Positions 20,325 to 29,220 of a stretch of 64,000 nt of DNA are shown in pieces. The notes beneath the pieces are model-generated. The model did no database searches. It saw only the letters and a list, made by a program, of their open reading frames with translations, and was not told the DNA's origin. The DNA comes from Verrucomicrobiota bacterium. GTDB lineage: Bacteria; Verrucomicrobiota; Lentisphaeria; Lentisphaerales; Lentisphaeraceae. Position numbers and translations under genes: made by a program. The stretch spans positions 1 to 64,000 of the forward strand of contig JBDKFG010000018.1 of the NCBI GenBank assembly GCA_039798785.1. Direction: 5' to 3'. Within the stretch, counting starts at the first letter, position 1; each line of letters begins with the position of its first letter.

Positions 20325-21095
20325 ATGCTTATTCTCTACCCCAGCAGCCAACTCGACCCTCGCGCCCCGGATGAACTGTTCGCCGAAGAATATTCGGCTG
20401 TCGTCAATCTCGGGATCCGCGTCGCACGTTTCTCGCTCGAGGATTTTCTTGAAGGAGACTTCCGTTGCCGTCCGAGGCTGGGCGAGGGCGACGAGGTGTT
20501 GTATCGGGGCTGGATGCTGACGTCGGATCAGTATGACCGGCTTAATTTTGCGATTTCCGAAGCCGGAGGAAGGCTCGTCACCAGTCCAGATCAATATCGG
20601 CGTTGTCATCATCTTCCCGGCTGGTACGAAAGCTTGAAGGAGTTCACCCCCGAGACTCTTTTCGCCGCCGATGCTCCTGCGCTGTTGGTTCGACTTCGGG
20701 AGATGGGTTGGACGAGTTGTTTCATCAAGGACTTCGTCAAGTCCCTCGGCGTCGAAGATGCGATGCTGAAAGACCTGGATCGGCTTCCCGCAACGATTGC
20801 CAAAATGCACGAGTATCGAGGTCAGATTGAAGGCGGCCTTTGCGCCCGCCGCATTGAGGATTTTGACCCGGAGAGCGAAGAGCGCTATTTCGTCTTCCGC
20901 GGTCAATCTTTCGCCCGCGATGGCATCGTGCCCGAGCTGGTCTTGCAAATCGCGTCGAAGATTGACAGCCCGTTTTTTAGCATCGACACCATTCGCCGAC
21001 GCGACGGCGTCTGGCGCCTCGTCGAACTTGGCGACGGACAGGTTTCTGACCTGAAGAAATGGCCGATCGAGGAGTTGGTCAAGATTTTTGCGTGA
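20325..21095 (+). CDS. ATP-grasp domain protein (DUF4343-like)
   Basis: YRGWML, HHLPGWY, FIKDFVKS, EERYFV, FFSID...VELGDGQVSD. Confidence 0.75.
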   Translation: MLILYPSSQLDPRAPDELFAEEYSAVVNLGIRVARFSLEDFLEGDFRCRPRLGEGDEVLYRGWMLTSDQYDRLNFAISEAGGRLVTSPDQYRRCHHLPGWYESLKEFTPETLFAADAPALLVRLREMGWTSCFIKDFVKSLGVEDAMLKDLDRLPATIAKMHEYRGQIEGGLCARRIEDFDPESEERYFVFRGQSFARDGIVPELVLQIASKIDSPFFSIDTIRRRDGVWRLVELGDGQVSDLKKWPIEELVKIFA

Positions 21096-21133
21096 TATCA
21101 CCTCCGCACCCGTGAAAATTTAAGGACGAGCTC

Positions 21134-21706
21134 ATGTATTTCATCATTGCAGAGAAACTCAGAGGGCGGAACGGCTATCGACCTGATCTGCCAAAATCAT
21201 CCGGATACTGTTTGCTGGCGGATAACGGCTGGCAGCTACACCAGAGGTCTGAAAACTATCATGGTTTCGGGCTGTATAGGATTTCGAAATATCCCCCTGA
21301 AGTCCCTCAAAAACCATCGAGACACTTGATCGATGGGGCGTTCTCAACGCTTTTGAGCAGTGCTCTGAGCTTCCCTCCTGGGTGGGCTTTTGCTGTAAAT
21401 CACATGAATAAGCAGCCGAAGTTGACCATCCCCGAGTTCTGTGATGAGCTGAAAAAGGTGCTCGTGCGGGCTTTGGAGGATCAGCGGAAAAACCCCAGTT
21501 GCTTGATCCGTTGTCGGCACGAAGAAGTCGGCTACAGGAGCGTGGGAGAGTTCGTCTGGGTGATCAACTTCAATCCCGAGCTCAAAGGTAAGGAGGTGTC
21601 ATGGATGGCCTCTGATTATTGCGTCTATCGCGATGCCGTCGAGCAGTTCGATGTCGAGCCCGAGTGGCTGGCTCGGCGTTTCTCCCGCGCGATTCCTCCC
21701 GGCTAG
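21134..21706 (+). CDS. Hypothetical protein, lower GC; true start may be the ATG at about 21404
   Basis: ORF track; family not recognised. Confidence 0.45.
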   Translation: MYFIIAEKLRGRNGYRPDLPKSSGYCLLADNGWQLHQRSENYHGFGLYRISKYPPEVPQKPSRHLIDGAFSTLLSSALSFPPGWAFAVNHMNKQPKLTIPEFCDELKKVLVRALEDQRKNPSCLIRCRHEEVGYRSVGEFVWVINFNPELKGKEVSWMASDYCVYRDAVEQFDVEPEWLARRFSRAIPPG

Positions 21707-21752
21707 GCGATGCGCCAAGCCTGGGGGATAAGCGGCAGAGCCAGAACGGTGT

Positions 21753-21811
21753 TCTTTCGTGTGCTTCGTGTCTTTCGTGGTTCCCTTCCGTGCCCTTTGT
21801 GACTTCCGTGC
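21753..21811. repeat. Intergenic short-period (C/T)TTCGTG repeat tract
   Basis: ctttcgtgtgcttcgtgtctttcgtgg...cttccgtgccctttgtgacttccgtg. Confidence 0.6.
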
Positions 21812-21863
21812 TAGATCCTCCTGCCGCTCTTGTCCGTCAAGGCTTTCGGGGTTAAGCTGTGGC

Positions 21864-22301
21864 ATGAGACGATCACCACATATCCTTCGCCTGACGGGTC
21901 TTTTCTTGGCCCTCCAGGTGCTTTGTCTCCAGCTCGGCGCCGGCTTGGCCTTCTTCTATTGTCCCCAATGTGTCGCCTTCCGCTTCAGCCCCGAATGCCA
22001 GGGGAAAACCTGCTGTGCCCCGGTGAAGTCCTGCTGCGCCAAGAAGTCCAAGATGCTGGCGAAAAAATCGGATTGCTGCGTCAAGATCCAGCTTCCCGAT
22101 GCCGAAGGCGTCAAGTCGATGGCGTCCTTGCCGGCGACCGAGAAGCTGCATCTTCCGCTCCTGACGGAAGCGGGGCCCGGCTTGCCGGCCTTTGCGCGGA
22201 GCGCAGAAATCGAGATCGAGGACGGCCCCGATCCCCCGCCGCGACCTTGGGCGCCTTCCGGCCGCCAAGTGCTCTTGCGTTCCTCTCTCCTCCTGATCTG
22301 A
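21864..22301 (+). CDS. Cys-rich exported leader protein with C-terminal polyproline motif (HYC_CC_PP / DUF2946-like architecture)
   Basis: Hydrophobic N-terminus, FYCPQC, three CC pairs, GPDPPPRPWAP, ends LLLI; directly upstream of the multicopper oxidase. Confidence 0.7.
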   Translation: MRRSPHILRLTGLFLALQVLCLQLGAGLAFFYCPQCVAFRFSPECQGKTCCAPVKSCCAKKSKMLAKKSDCCVKIQLPDAEGVKSMASLPATEKLHLPLLTEAGPGLPAFARSAEIEIEDGPDPPPRPWAPSGRQVLLRSSLLLI

Positions 22302-22363
22302 AGAGAGTTGACTCCCCCTTGGCCGAAACGCCGAGGCCTCACCTAATTATCCCCAGATCAGGA
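22291..22363 (+). promoter_or_regulatory. SD-sequestering stem for the multicopper oxidase gene
   Basis: TCCTGATCTG (22291-22300) is the exact reverse complement of CAGATCAGGA (22354-22363), which holds the AGGA SD 6 nt before ATG 22370. Confidence 0.65.
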
Positions 22364-22369
22364 AGTTTT

Positions 22370-24472
22370 ATGCCCAGATTCCTCACTCTTCTCGTGCTCC
22401 TTTTTGCCCTTGCCGCAAACGCCGCCGAGCCGCCGGGCCGCGAGGCCGAATTGATCGTCGCCCAAGGCGAAAAAAGCATTGCCGGAAAAACCGTGCCCTG
22501 CCTCACCCTCAACGGCGGATTCCCCGGCCCGGTGCTGCGCTTCCGCGAGGGCGACACGGTGCGGATCACGGTGCGCAACCGCCTGCCCAAGGAGTCGACC
22601 TCGATCCACTGGCACGGCCTGCTGGTCCCGAATCTCCAGGACGGGGTTCCGGAGATGACCACGCCGCTGATCCCCGCCGGCGGTAGCCACGTCTTTGAGC
22701 TCCCCCTCAAGCAGGCCGGCACCTACTGGTACCACTCGCACACCGCCTTGCAGGAGCAGGAAGGAATCTACGGCGCCATCGTCATCGAGCCGAAAGGGCC
22801 CGAGGCCGAGCCGCCCGATCGCGACTACGTCGTGCTTCTTTCCGACTGGACTCACGAGAGCGGCGCCGAAGTGATGCGCACCTTGATGCGCGGCGACGAA
22901 TGGTATCTGATCAAGAAACAGGCCATGCCCTCGCTGCTGGGCGCCTGGCGGGCGGATGCCCTCGCCGACTACTTCGACCGCGAAAAGCAGAGCATGCCGC
23001 CGATGGACCTCTCCGACGTCGCCTACGACGCCTTCCTGGTCAACGGCCAGGAGGTGCAGAGGCTCGCGGCGAAGCCGGGAGAACGGATCCGCCTGCGCTT
23101 GATCAACGCCGCCTCGGCGACCTATTTCCACGTCGATAGCGCCACCGGTCCCTTGACCCTCACCGCCGCCGACGGCCTGCCGGTGACGCCGGTCGCGGTG
23201 CCGCGGCTTTTCCACGCCATCGCCGAGACCTACGACGCGGAAATCACCATCCCCGCCGGCCCTGAGCGTTCCTGGGTGGTCCGGGCCAGCGCCATCGACG
23301 GCTCGGGACGGGCGGAGCTGATCCTCGGCAGCGGGCCGCGCCAGGAGCTGCCGCCGCTCGACAAGCCCGACATCTACCGGATGGAGGCGATGCTCGACGC
23401 CGCCCTTGCCGAGGCCGACACGCCGCTCACCGACGGCTCCCCCGGCTCGCGAGCCTTGGCGCCCTACCCGCTTTTGCGGGCGCCGCAGAAAACCAGCTTG
23501 CCGGCGGACGCGCCGGTGCGGGAGATCACCCTGCGACTCAGCGGCGACATGACCCGCTACGTCTGGAGCTTCAACGGCAAGACCCTCGCCGAGGACGGGG
23601 TCATCCCGGTGAAGAAGGGCGAGGTGCTGCGCCTGGTGATGATCAACGACACCATGATGCACCACCCGCTGCACCTGCACGGCCACTACTTCCGCCTGAT
23701 CAACGGCCAGGGCGACTTCGCCCCGCTCAAGCACACCCTCGACCTGCCGCCGATGGGGCGACGCACGGTGGAATTCCTCGCCGACGAGAACGGCGACTGG
23801 TTCTTCCACTGCCACGTCCTCTACCACATGATGATGGGCATGGCGCGGGTCTTCTCCACCCGCGACACCCTGGAGGAAGTCCGCCAGGTCGAGTACGGCG
23901 AGGCCGACGACGATCTCTGGTACGGCGCCGGCAAGCTCACCCTCGCCAGCAACGAGCAGCGCGGCGAACTGATGGCCATGGATTCGAAGCAGCGGATCGA
24001 GCTGATGTGGGAGAGCTCCTGGCAAGCCCGGGAAGACCTCATGGCCGAGCTGAGCTGGGCCCGCTATCTCGGCAGCGACGATGCCTTCGTCAGCGGCCTC
24101 CGCCACGAGCGGATGACGATGAAGATGTTCCATCCGGTCAAGCACCAGCACCACGGGGCCCCGGCCCTGCACCCGATGGAGGTCGAGCACGAGGACGAGC
24201 AGACCCGCGCCTTCCTCGGCCTTGAACACCGCTTCCCCTTCTTCCTCCACAGCCGCCTCAGCCTCGATCACACCGGCGAGCTCCGCCTCGAAGTCGACAA
24301 GTCTTTCCAGCTCAGCAACAGCCTCAGCTTCGAGATCGGCGCGGAGTACGACACCGAGATGCACTTCTCCCACGAAGAAGCCCTGGTCTGGCGCTTCTCC
24401 AAGCCCCTGTCGCTGCGCGCCGGCTACCACTCCGAACGCCACTTCGGCCTCGGCCTCACCTACACCTTCTGA
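22370..24472 (+). CDS. CopA-family multicopper oxidase fused to a C-terminal putative outer-membrane beta-barrel (CopB-like)
   Basis: HWHG, YWYHSH, HPLHLHGH, WFFHCHVLYHMMMGM; C-terminal amphipathic strands ending GLTYTF. Confidence 0.9.
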   Translation: MPRFLTLLVLLFALAANAAEPPGREAELIVAQGEKSIAGKTVPCLTLNGGFPGPVLRFREGDTVRITVRNRLPKESTSIHWHGLLVPNLQDGVPEMTTPLIPAGGSHVFELPLKQAGTYWYHSHTALQEQEGIYGAIVIEPKGPEAEPPDRDYVVLLSDWTHESGAEVMRTLMRGDEWYLIKKQAMPSLLGAWRADALADYFDREKQSMPPMDLSDVAYDAFLVNGQEVQRLAAKPGERIRLRLINAASATYFHVDSATGPLTLTAADGLPVTPVAVPRLFHAIAETYDAEITIPAGPERSWVVRASAIDGSGRAELILGSGPRQELPPLDKPDIYRMEAMLDAALAEADTPLTDGSPGSRALAPYPLLRAPQKTSLPADAPVREITLRLSGDMTRYVWSFNGKTLAEDGVIPVKKGEVLRLVMINDTMMHHPLHLHGHYFRLINGQGDFAPLKHTLDLPPMGRRTVEFLADENGDWFFHCHVLYHMMMGMARVFSTRDTLEEVRQVEYGEADDDLWYGAGKLTLASNEQRGELMAMDSKQRIELMWESSWQAREDLMAELSWARYLGSDDAFVSGLRHERMTMKMFHPVKHQHHGAPALHPMEVEHEDEQTRAFLGLEHRFPFFLHSRLSLDHTGELRLEVDKSFQLSNSLSFEIGAEYDTEMHFSHEEALVWRFSKPLSLRAGYHSERHFGLGLTYTF

Positions 24473-24498
24473 ATCCCCGAAAACCCCCAGGAACCCCC

Positions 24499-24744
24499 AT
24501 GAAAAACCTCATCATCGTCAGCACCCTCCTTCTCCTCGCCTCCTGTGCCGGCAGCGGCAGCGCCGCCGCAGTCAAGCCCTACACCAGCAAGGATTGCGTA
24601 GTCACTGACAACGAGCTCGGCTCGATGGGCGAAGTGATCACCAGGGTGTACGGCAACCAGGAGGTGAAATTCTGCTGCAAGCCTTGTATTAAGAAGTTCG
24701 AGAAGGATCCGGAGAAATATCTTTCCAAACTCAAGGAGGAATGA
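24499..24744 (+). CDS. Small YHS-like metal-binding lipoprotein
   Basis: Lipobox LASC; CVVT...YGNQEVKFCCKPCIKKFEKDPEKY. Confidence 0.8.
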   Translation: MKNLIIVSTLLLLASCAGSGSAAAVKPYTSKDCVVTDNELGSMGEVITRVYGNQEVKFCCKPCIKKFEKDPEKYLSKLKEE

Positions 24745-24948
24745 GGGGCGTACGAGTCGCTGACAGAGCTGCTGAGCCAGCAGCTGTATCACTCTGGAGG
24801 GAGGCTCGCCTCCTTGCGAGGCTCGCAGCGCACGGATTGGGACGTCGAGTCGAATTCCTCCTGCCCTCCTTCCTGCCCGGATGAAATGCGAGAGGGAATT
24901 GCAGGGGGCGGCGCTAGATTGCGGCCTTGCCCCAAATGGAGACCCCCT

Positions 24949-25476
24949 ATGAAGATTCCGATCACTGTCATGCTTCTCCTCGCCTGCGGCTGCAAGGAGG
25001 ACAAGGTCGAGCCGGTGAAGGCCACGATCACAGCTGTTAACGAGCTGGCGGAGAAGTCGCAGCTTCAGGCCTTCTTCACCGTCAGCCGTCCTTCACGTCC
25101 CCAAGGAGTGGCCAACGCCGTCGCCGCCAGGCCTGCCATCGGCAGCGAGATCGCCGTCACCGGGCGTGTCGCCGGCAGCAAGAAGCCGATCGGAGATTCC
25201 GCCTCCCTGATGTTGGCCCAGACCGACCTTCCCAACTGTGTCGACGCGGGCAGGAAGGATTGCCCGACTCCCTGGGATCTCTGCAGCAACGACCTCAAAG
25301 GCAAGGTCTGCACCATCCAGGTGAAAGGCGGCGAGGGTCGTCTGTTGCGGACGAGCCTGCGAGGATTGGGTGGTTTGAAGGAGATGAGCGTCATCACCAT
25401 CTCCGGCAAGGTCAGCATATCCGACGAAGGCCTGCTGGTGATCGACGCGGCGCAGATCTTTGTTGACAATCCCTGA
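24949..25476 (+). CDS. Hypothetical lipoprotein with Cys cluster, possible OB-like fold
   Basis: Lipobox ACGC; CVDAGRKDCPTPWDLC. Confidence 0.65.
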   Translation: MKIPITVMLLLACGCKEDKVEPVKATITAVNELAEKSQLQAFFTVSRPSRPQGVANAVAARPAIGSEIAVTGRVAGSKKPIGDSASLMLAQTDLPNCVDAGRKDCPTPWDLCSNDLKGKVCTIQVKGGEGRLLRTSLRGLGGLKEMSVITISGKVSISDEGLLVIDAAQIFVDNP

Positions 25477-25587
25477 ACTTTCAGTGCATAGGAATTCACC
25501 GGTGCCGGACTTTCAAAATCGCGTCGGGAGCTATAGTGCCGCCCTTGAATCGATATCCATACTCAAAACTGACAGGGCCGGCTCCTC

Positions 25588-26007
25588 ATGAGCAACGAAT
25601 TGATCTACGTCCGCTTCTTGCAGTACAGCGTGCTTGCCCTCACCGTGGTTTTGTTCTGGGGGATCTCGCTGGCCAAGCGAGGTCGACTCGACAAGCACCG
25701 CAAGGTGATGACCGGCATCGTCGCCATCACCATGGTGGCCGTGGTAGGTCTGCTGATCAGCATCTTCGGTTTCGGCTGCGACTATCGCCACAACCTCAAG
25801 GTGGCCGAGGCCCTGATCGGCTACGGTCCCGCCGAGATGTCGACCCGGCTGAACATCCACCGTTGCTTCTCCTCGCCGCTTTTCGTCGCCTTGAGCGTCA
25901 CCACCTGGGCTGGCTATGCCAAATATCCCCGAGTGCACCGCATCGGAGCGCGGTTTTCGGTGATCTTCTGGCTGGGCACCCTGACCACCGCATGGCTGTT
26001 CTTCTGA
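25588..26007 (+). CDS. DUF420-like membrane protein
   Basis: Four hydrophobic segments with KHRKVM, IH and HRIGAR His motifs. Confidence 0.6.
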   Translation: MSNELIYVRFLQYSVLALTVVLFWGISLAKRGRLDKHRKVMTGIVAITMVAVVGLLISIFGFGCDYRHNLKVAEALIGYGPAEMSTRLNIHRCFSSPLFVALSVTTWAGYAKYPRVHRIGARFSVIFWLGTLTTAWLFF

Positions 26008-26011
26008 GGCC

Positions 26012-27538
26012 GTGAGCGGATTTCTGCGCAGTCTCCGTCTCGCCTCCCTGGCTGCGCTCGGCGGCGCCAGCCGGGTCGGCCCGGCGAGGCAGGCGCTGCG
26101 CAGCAGCTTCGCCCGCAAGCTCGTCTCTCTTCGCGGCCTGCCGATGAAACTCGGACAGATCCTGTCGATGCTGCCCGGTGATGCCGATCTCGCCGCCATC
26201 CATGCCGAAGCCCAGAAGGAGGCTGAAGCCTTGCCGCAGAAGGAGGCGCAGGAGCTCCTCGAACACCGCTCGCCGAAGCTCGCCGCCTTGATCCGGGAAT
26301 GGCATCCCGGCGTCTGGCCCGCGTCGCTCGGCCAGGTCCACCGCCTCAGTCTTCATGACGGGCGTGACGCGGCAGTGAAGCTTCGTTATCCCGAAGCCGA
26401 GGAGATGATGGACCTCGATGCCGGGCTCTTCGATTTCGTCACCGCCACCTTCGGCAGGTTCCGCCAGGGTTTCGCACTCGACGAATACCGCCGGGTCCTC
26501 GGCGAGGAGCTCCGTCTCGAGCTCGACTATTGCCGTGAAGCCCGGCTTCAGGAGGAATTCCATCGCCTCTTCGCCGCCGAAGCCGGCATCGTCATCCCCA
26601 GGCCGATGACGGAATTCGACGGTCCCGGCCTGATCTGCTCTTCGTGGGAGTCGGGATTGCGTCCCGACGATTTCGCCTCCGGCGCCAGCCGCGAAGAACG
26701 GGTCGCCGCAGCCTCCTTGGTCTGCCGCTTCTATCTCGTTTCCCTGCTCCGAGGAGGGCTGCTGCACGCCGATCCGAACCCCGGCAACCTGGCTCTCCGC
26801 CGCGGCGCCTCCGGCGTCGAACTGGTGGTCTATGACTACGGCTCGGCCAGCCGCCTTGAGCCGGCGCAGCGGCTGGGGCTGATCGCCCTCTTCCGTTCGG
26901 TATGTCGCGGCGACCTGCCGGCGCTTGCTGCCCTCCGCAGTCTCGGTTTCGATCTCGGGGTCCTCAGGGGACTTGAAGCCCAGTTGCCGGATTTCCTGGC
27001 GATCCAGCTCGAACCCCTGGTCTCGCCGTGCCGCTATGATTTCAAGGACTGGAATCGCGCTGCTCGCAGCGAAGCTCTGCTCGGTCCCCGCCGACTCGAT
27101 TTCATGACCGCCGCTCCGCCCTCGCTCTTCCTGGTGATGCGGGCCTTCCAGGGCCTCTACCATTATCTGCAGCTCCTCGGCACCGGCTGCTACTGCCGAC
27201 CACTGGTCGATCAGCTCGTCGCCGAGGCCGCGCCGGAATTGCAGGCACTGATGGCTTCGCTGCCTGCCGAGATCATGGAGGCTCCTCGCGGCCTCGCCGG
27301 GCGCCAGCTCCGGGTCGAAGTCCGTGAGATGGGCGAACTGAAGGTCGCCGTCACGCTGCCAGGCAGCTCCCTCGACAACCTGGGCGAGCTGCTCGACGAC
27401 GATCTCAAGTCGAAACTTGTCCGCCGTGGTCTCGATGTCGACGGCATCGCCGCGGAGTCGCGCCGCCGCGGCCATCCGCCGGCGCTCCTCTTTGATCTCG
27501 TCGAAAACGGCCGTTCGTGCCGAGTGGAGTTGATCTGA
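26012..27538 (+). CDS. AarF/ABC1/UbiB family atypical kinase
   Basis: MKLGQILS, ASLGQVH, AVKLRYP, ELDYCREA, HADPNPGN, YDYG. Confidence 0.88.
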   Translation: MSGFLRSLRLASLAALGGASRVGPARQALRSSFARKLVSLRGLPMKLGQILSMLPGDADLAAIHAEAQKEAEALPQKEAQELLEHRSPKLAALIREWHPGVWPASLGQVHRLSLHDGRDAAVKLRYPEAEEMMDLDAGLFDFVTATFGRFRQGFALDEYRRVLGEELRLELDYCREARLQEEFHRLFAAEAGIVIPRPMTEFDGPGLICSSWESGLRPDDFASGASREERVAAASLVCRFYLVSLLRGGLLHADPNPGNLALRRGASGVELVVYDYGSASRLEPAQRLGLIALFRSVCRGDLPALAALRSLGFDLGVLRGLEAQLPDFLAIQLEPLVSPCRYDFKDWNRAARSEALLGPRRLDFMTAAPPSLFLVMRAFQGLYHYLQLLGTGCYCRPLVDQLVAEAAPELQALMASLPAEIMEAPRGLAGRQLRVEVREMGELKVAVTLPGSSLDNLGELLDDDLKSKLVRRGLDVDGIAAESRRRGHPPALLFDLVENGRSCRVELI

Positions 27539-27912
27539 TGAAAAATCTCGCGGCATGTCTTTGCCTGACCCTCCTGGCCTGTGCGGCTCCGAGCCCGGCC
27601 GAGATCGAGCATCGCGACGCTCGGATCGAGCATCTCATGGAGGATCTCCAGGGGCCCGAGCTGATGCTCAGCTCGGCGGCCCGCCTCGGCAGCCTGGACG
27701 ACGCCGAAAGCCGGCGCAACCTGAAGATCTGCCTAAAGGTGCTGAAGGAGATCGAAGAGATGGAGCACGAAGAGGAGGAATTTCGCCTCCTCAACCGGGC
27801 CAGCATCAAGGCCGTCGAGGACATGCTTAAGCTGGATCGCAAGGACGGCCTGCCCCAGGCCTGGCGGCGAGTCGAGCGGAGCTGCTCCGCCTGTCACCGC
27901 AGCTATCAGTGA
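27538..27912 (+). CDS. Small monoheme cytochrome c lipoprotein (class II-like)
   Basis: Lipobox LLAC; helical; C-terminal CSACH. Confidence 0.7.
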   Translation: MKNLAACLCLTLLACAAPSPAEIEHRDARIEHLMEDLQGPELMLSSAARLGSLDDAESRRNLKICLKVLKEIEEMEHEEEEFRLLNRASIKAVEDMLKLDRKDGLPQAWRRVERSCSACHRSYQ

Positions 27913-27966
27913 TTGATTGAAGGCCTTCCCGCGGCAAGGCGGGAAAGAAGGGTTACTGTCTGATCC

Positions 27967-29220
27967 ATGCTCACTTGGTTTCATCGATGCGTTCTCGTCG
28001 CCCTGGCCGTACAACTCGCCTGGGGAGGCTGGTGTCATGCCCAAGGCGCCGAGAAGAGGGCTCAGATGGAAGAGGCCAGCCGCCTCGTCGCCGAAGGGAT
28101 GACGGTGCTGGCGGAGAATTACGTCGACCCGCAACGGGTGCAGCCCCGCGCCCTGATTTCCGGTGCGATGAGCGGACTGACCCAGCCGGACGTCCTCGAC
28201 AAGCATTGCGGCTGGCATCCGCCGCTGGAAAATCAGGCGCTCCACGAGGAGCTTCGGGGGGAGCATGTCGGCATCGGAGTCCTCTGCATTCCCGATCCGC
28301 TCGGCATCCGGCTTCACGGCATCTTCCCCGACTCGCCCGCCTCGCAGGCCGGGCTGCGGATCGATGACGTCATCACCTATCATGACGGGCGGGAGCTGGC
28401 CGGTCGCGACTACGTCTCCTCGGTGGCAGACCTGAAGGGGCCGCGCGGCAGCCAGATCGAACTCACCGTCCTCCGCGGCGACCGATCGATGCGCATCTCG
28501 GTGAAGCGGGGTTATTACAGCGTCCCCAGCATCTTCGGCTCCTGGCTGGAGAAGGGTGTCGGATACCTCCGTTTCGAAATCTTCAGCCAGCACAGTGCCG
28601 AAGAGCTCAACCGCGAAGCGTCTAGCCTGGTTGAGAGAGGCGCCAGGCTCCTGATCATCGACCTGCGCGACAATGGCGGCGGCATGCTGGATGCAGCCGA
28701 GCGCGCCGCCAATCTCTTCCTGCCGGCTGGCGCCACCGTGGTCAGCATCGCACGCCGCGGCGTGCCGCCGGAAAAGATCCGCTGCCCAGCTCAGGGTGCA
28801 TTCGTCGGCCTGCCGATGATCATCCTCGTCGATGCCAACAGCGCCTCCGCCTCGGAAATCTTCTCCGGCGCGATGCGCGACAACCGCTGCGCCCTGCTGG
28901 TCGGCTCCAAGACTTACGGCAAGGCTTCGGTCCAGACCGTAAATACCCTGAGCGACGGCTCGGCCTTGCGCTTCACCATCGCCAAGTACCGGACTCCTTC
29001 CGGCGAGGACATTCACGGCAAAGGGCTTCAGCCGGACGTGCGGGTGGTGACTCCCGACGCTGACGCCCGTGACATCCTCGCCAGCCTGCGCTACTGCGGC
29101 GAGCCGGCTCTTCACGATCCGGTGCTGGCGGCGGCGAAGCGCCTCGGCGCCGAGATTCTTGCCGACGGGATGGAAGCGGTGCGCCGCAAGCACGCCGGGA
29201 GCGAGGCCGCATATGAGTGA
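27967..29220 (+). CDS. S41 family C-terminal processing peptidase (PDZ + tail-specific protease)
   Basis: GIG..SPASQAGL PDZ, IDLRDNGGG, SASASEI, TYGKASVQ, AKYRTPSG. Confidence 0.9.
   Translation: MLTWFHRCVLVALAVQLAWGGWCHAQGAEKRAQMEEASRLVAEGMTVLAENYVDPQRVQPRALISGAMSGLTQPDVLDKHCGWHPPLENQALHEELRGEHVGIGVLCIPDPLGIRLHGIFPDSPASQAGLRIDDVITYHDGRELAGRDYVSSVADLKGPRGSQIELTVLRGDRSMRISVKRGYYSVPSIFGSWLEKGVGYLRFEIFSQHSAEELNREASSLVERGARLLIIDLRDNGGGMLDAAERAANLFLPAGATVVSIARRGVPPEKIRCPAQGAFVGLPMIILVDANSASASEIFSGAMRDNRCALLVGSKTYGKASVQTVNTLSDGSALRFTIAKYRTPSGEDIHGKGLQPDVRVVTPDADARDILASLRYCGEPALHDPVLAAAKRLGAEILADGMEAVRRKHAGSEAAYE

Noticed and set aside
21830..22369. 180-aa N-terminal extension of the multicopper oxidase
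   Set aside because: SD and signal peptide place the start at 22370; the upstream region encodes the Cys-rich leader in a different frame
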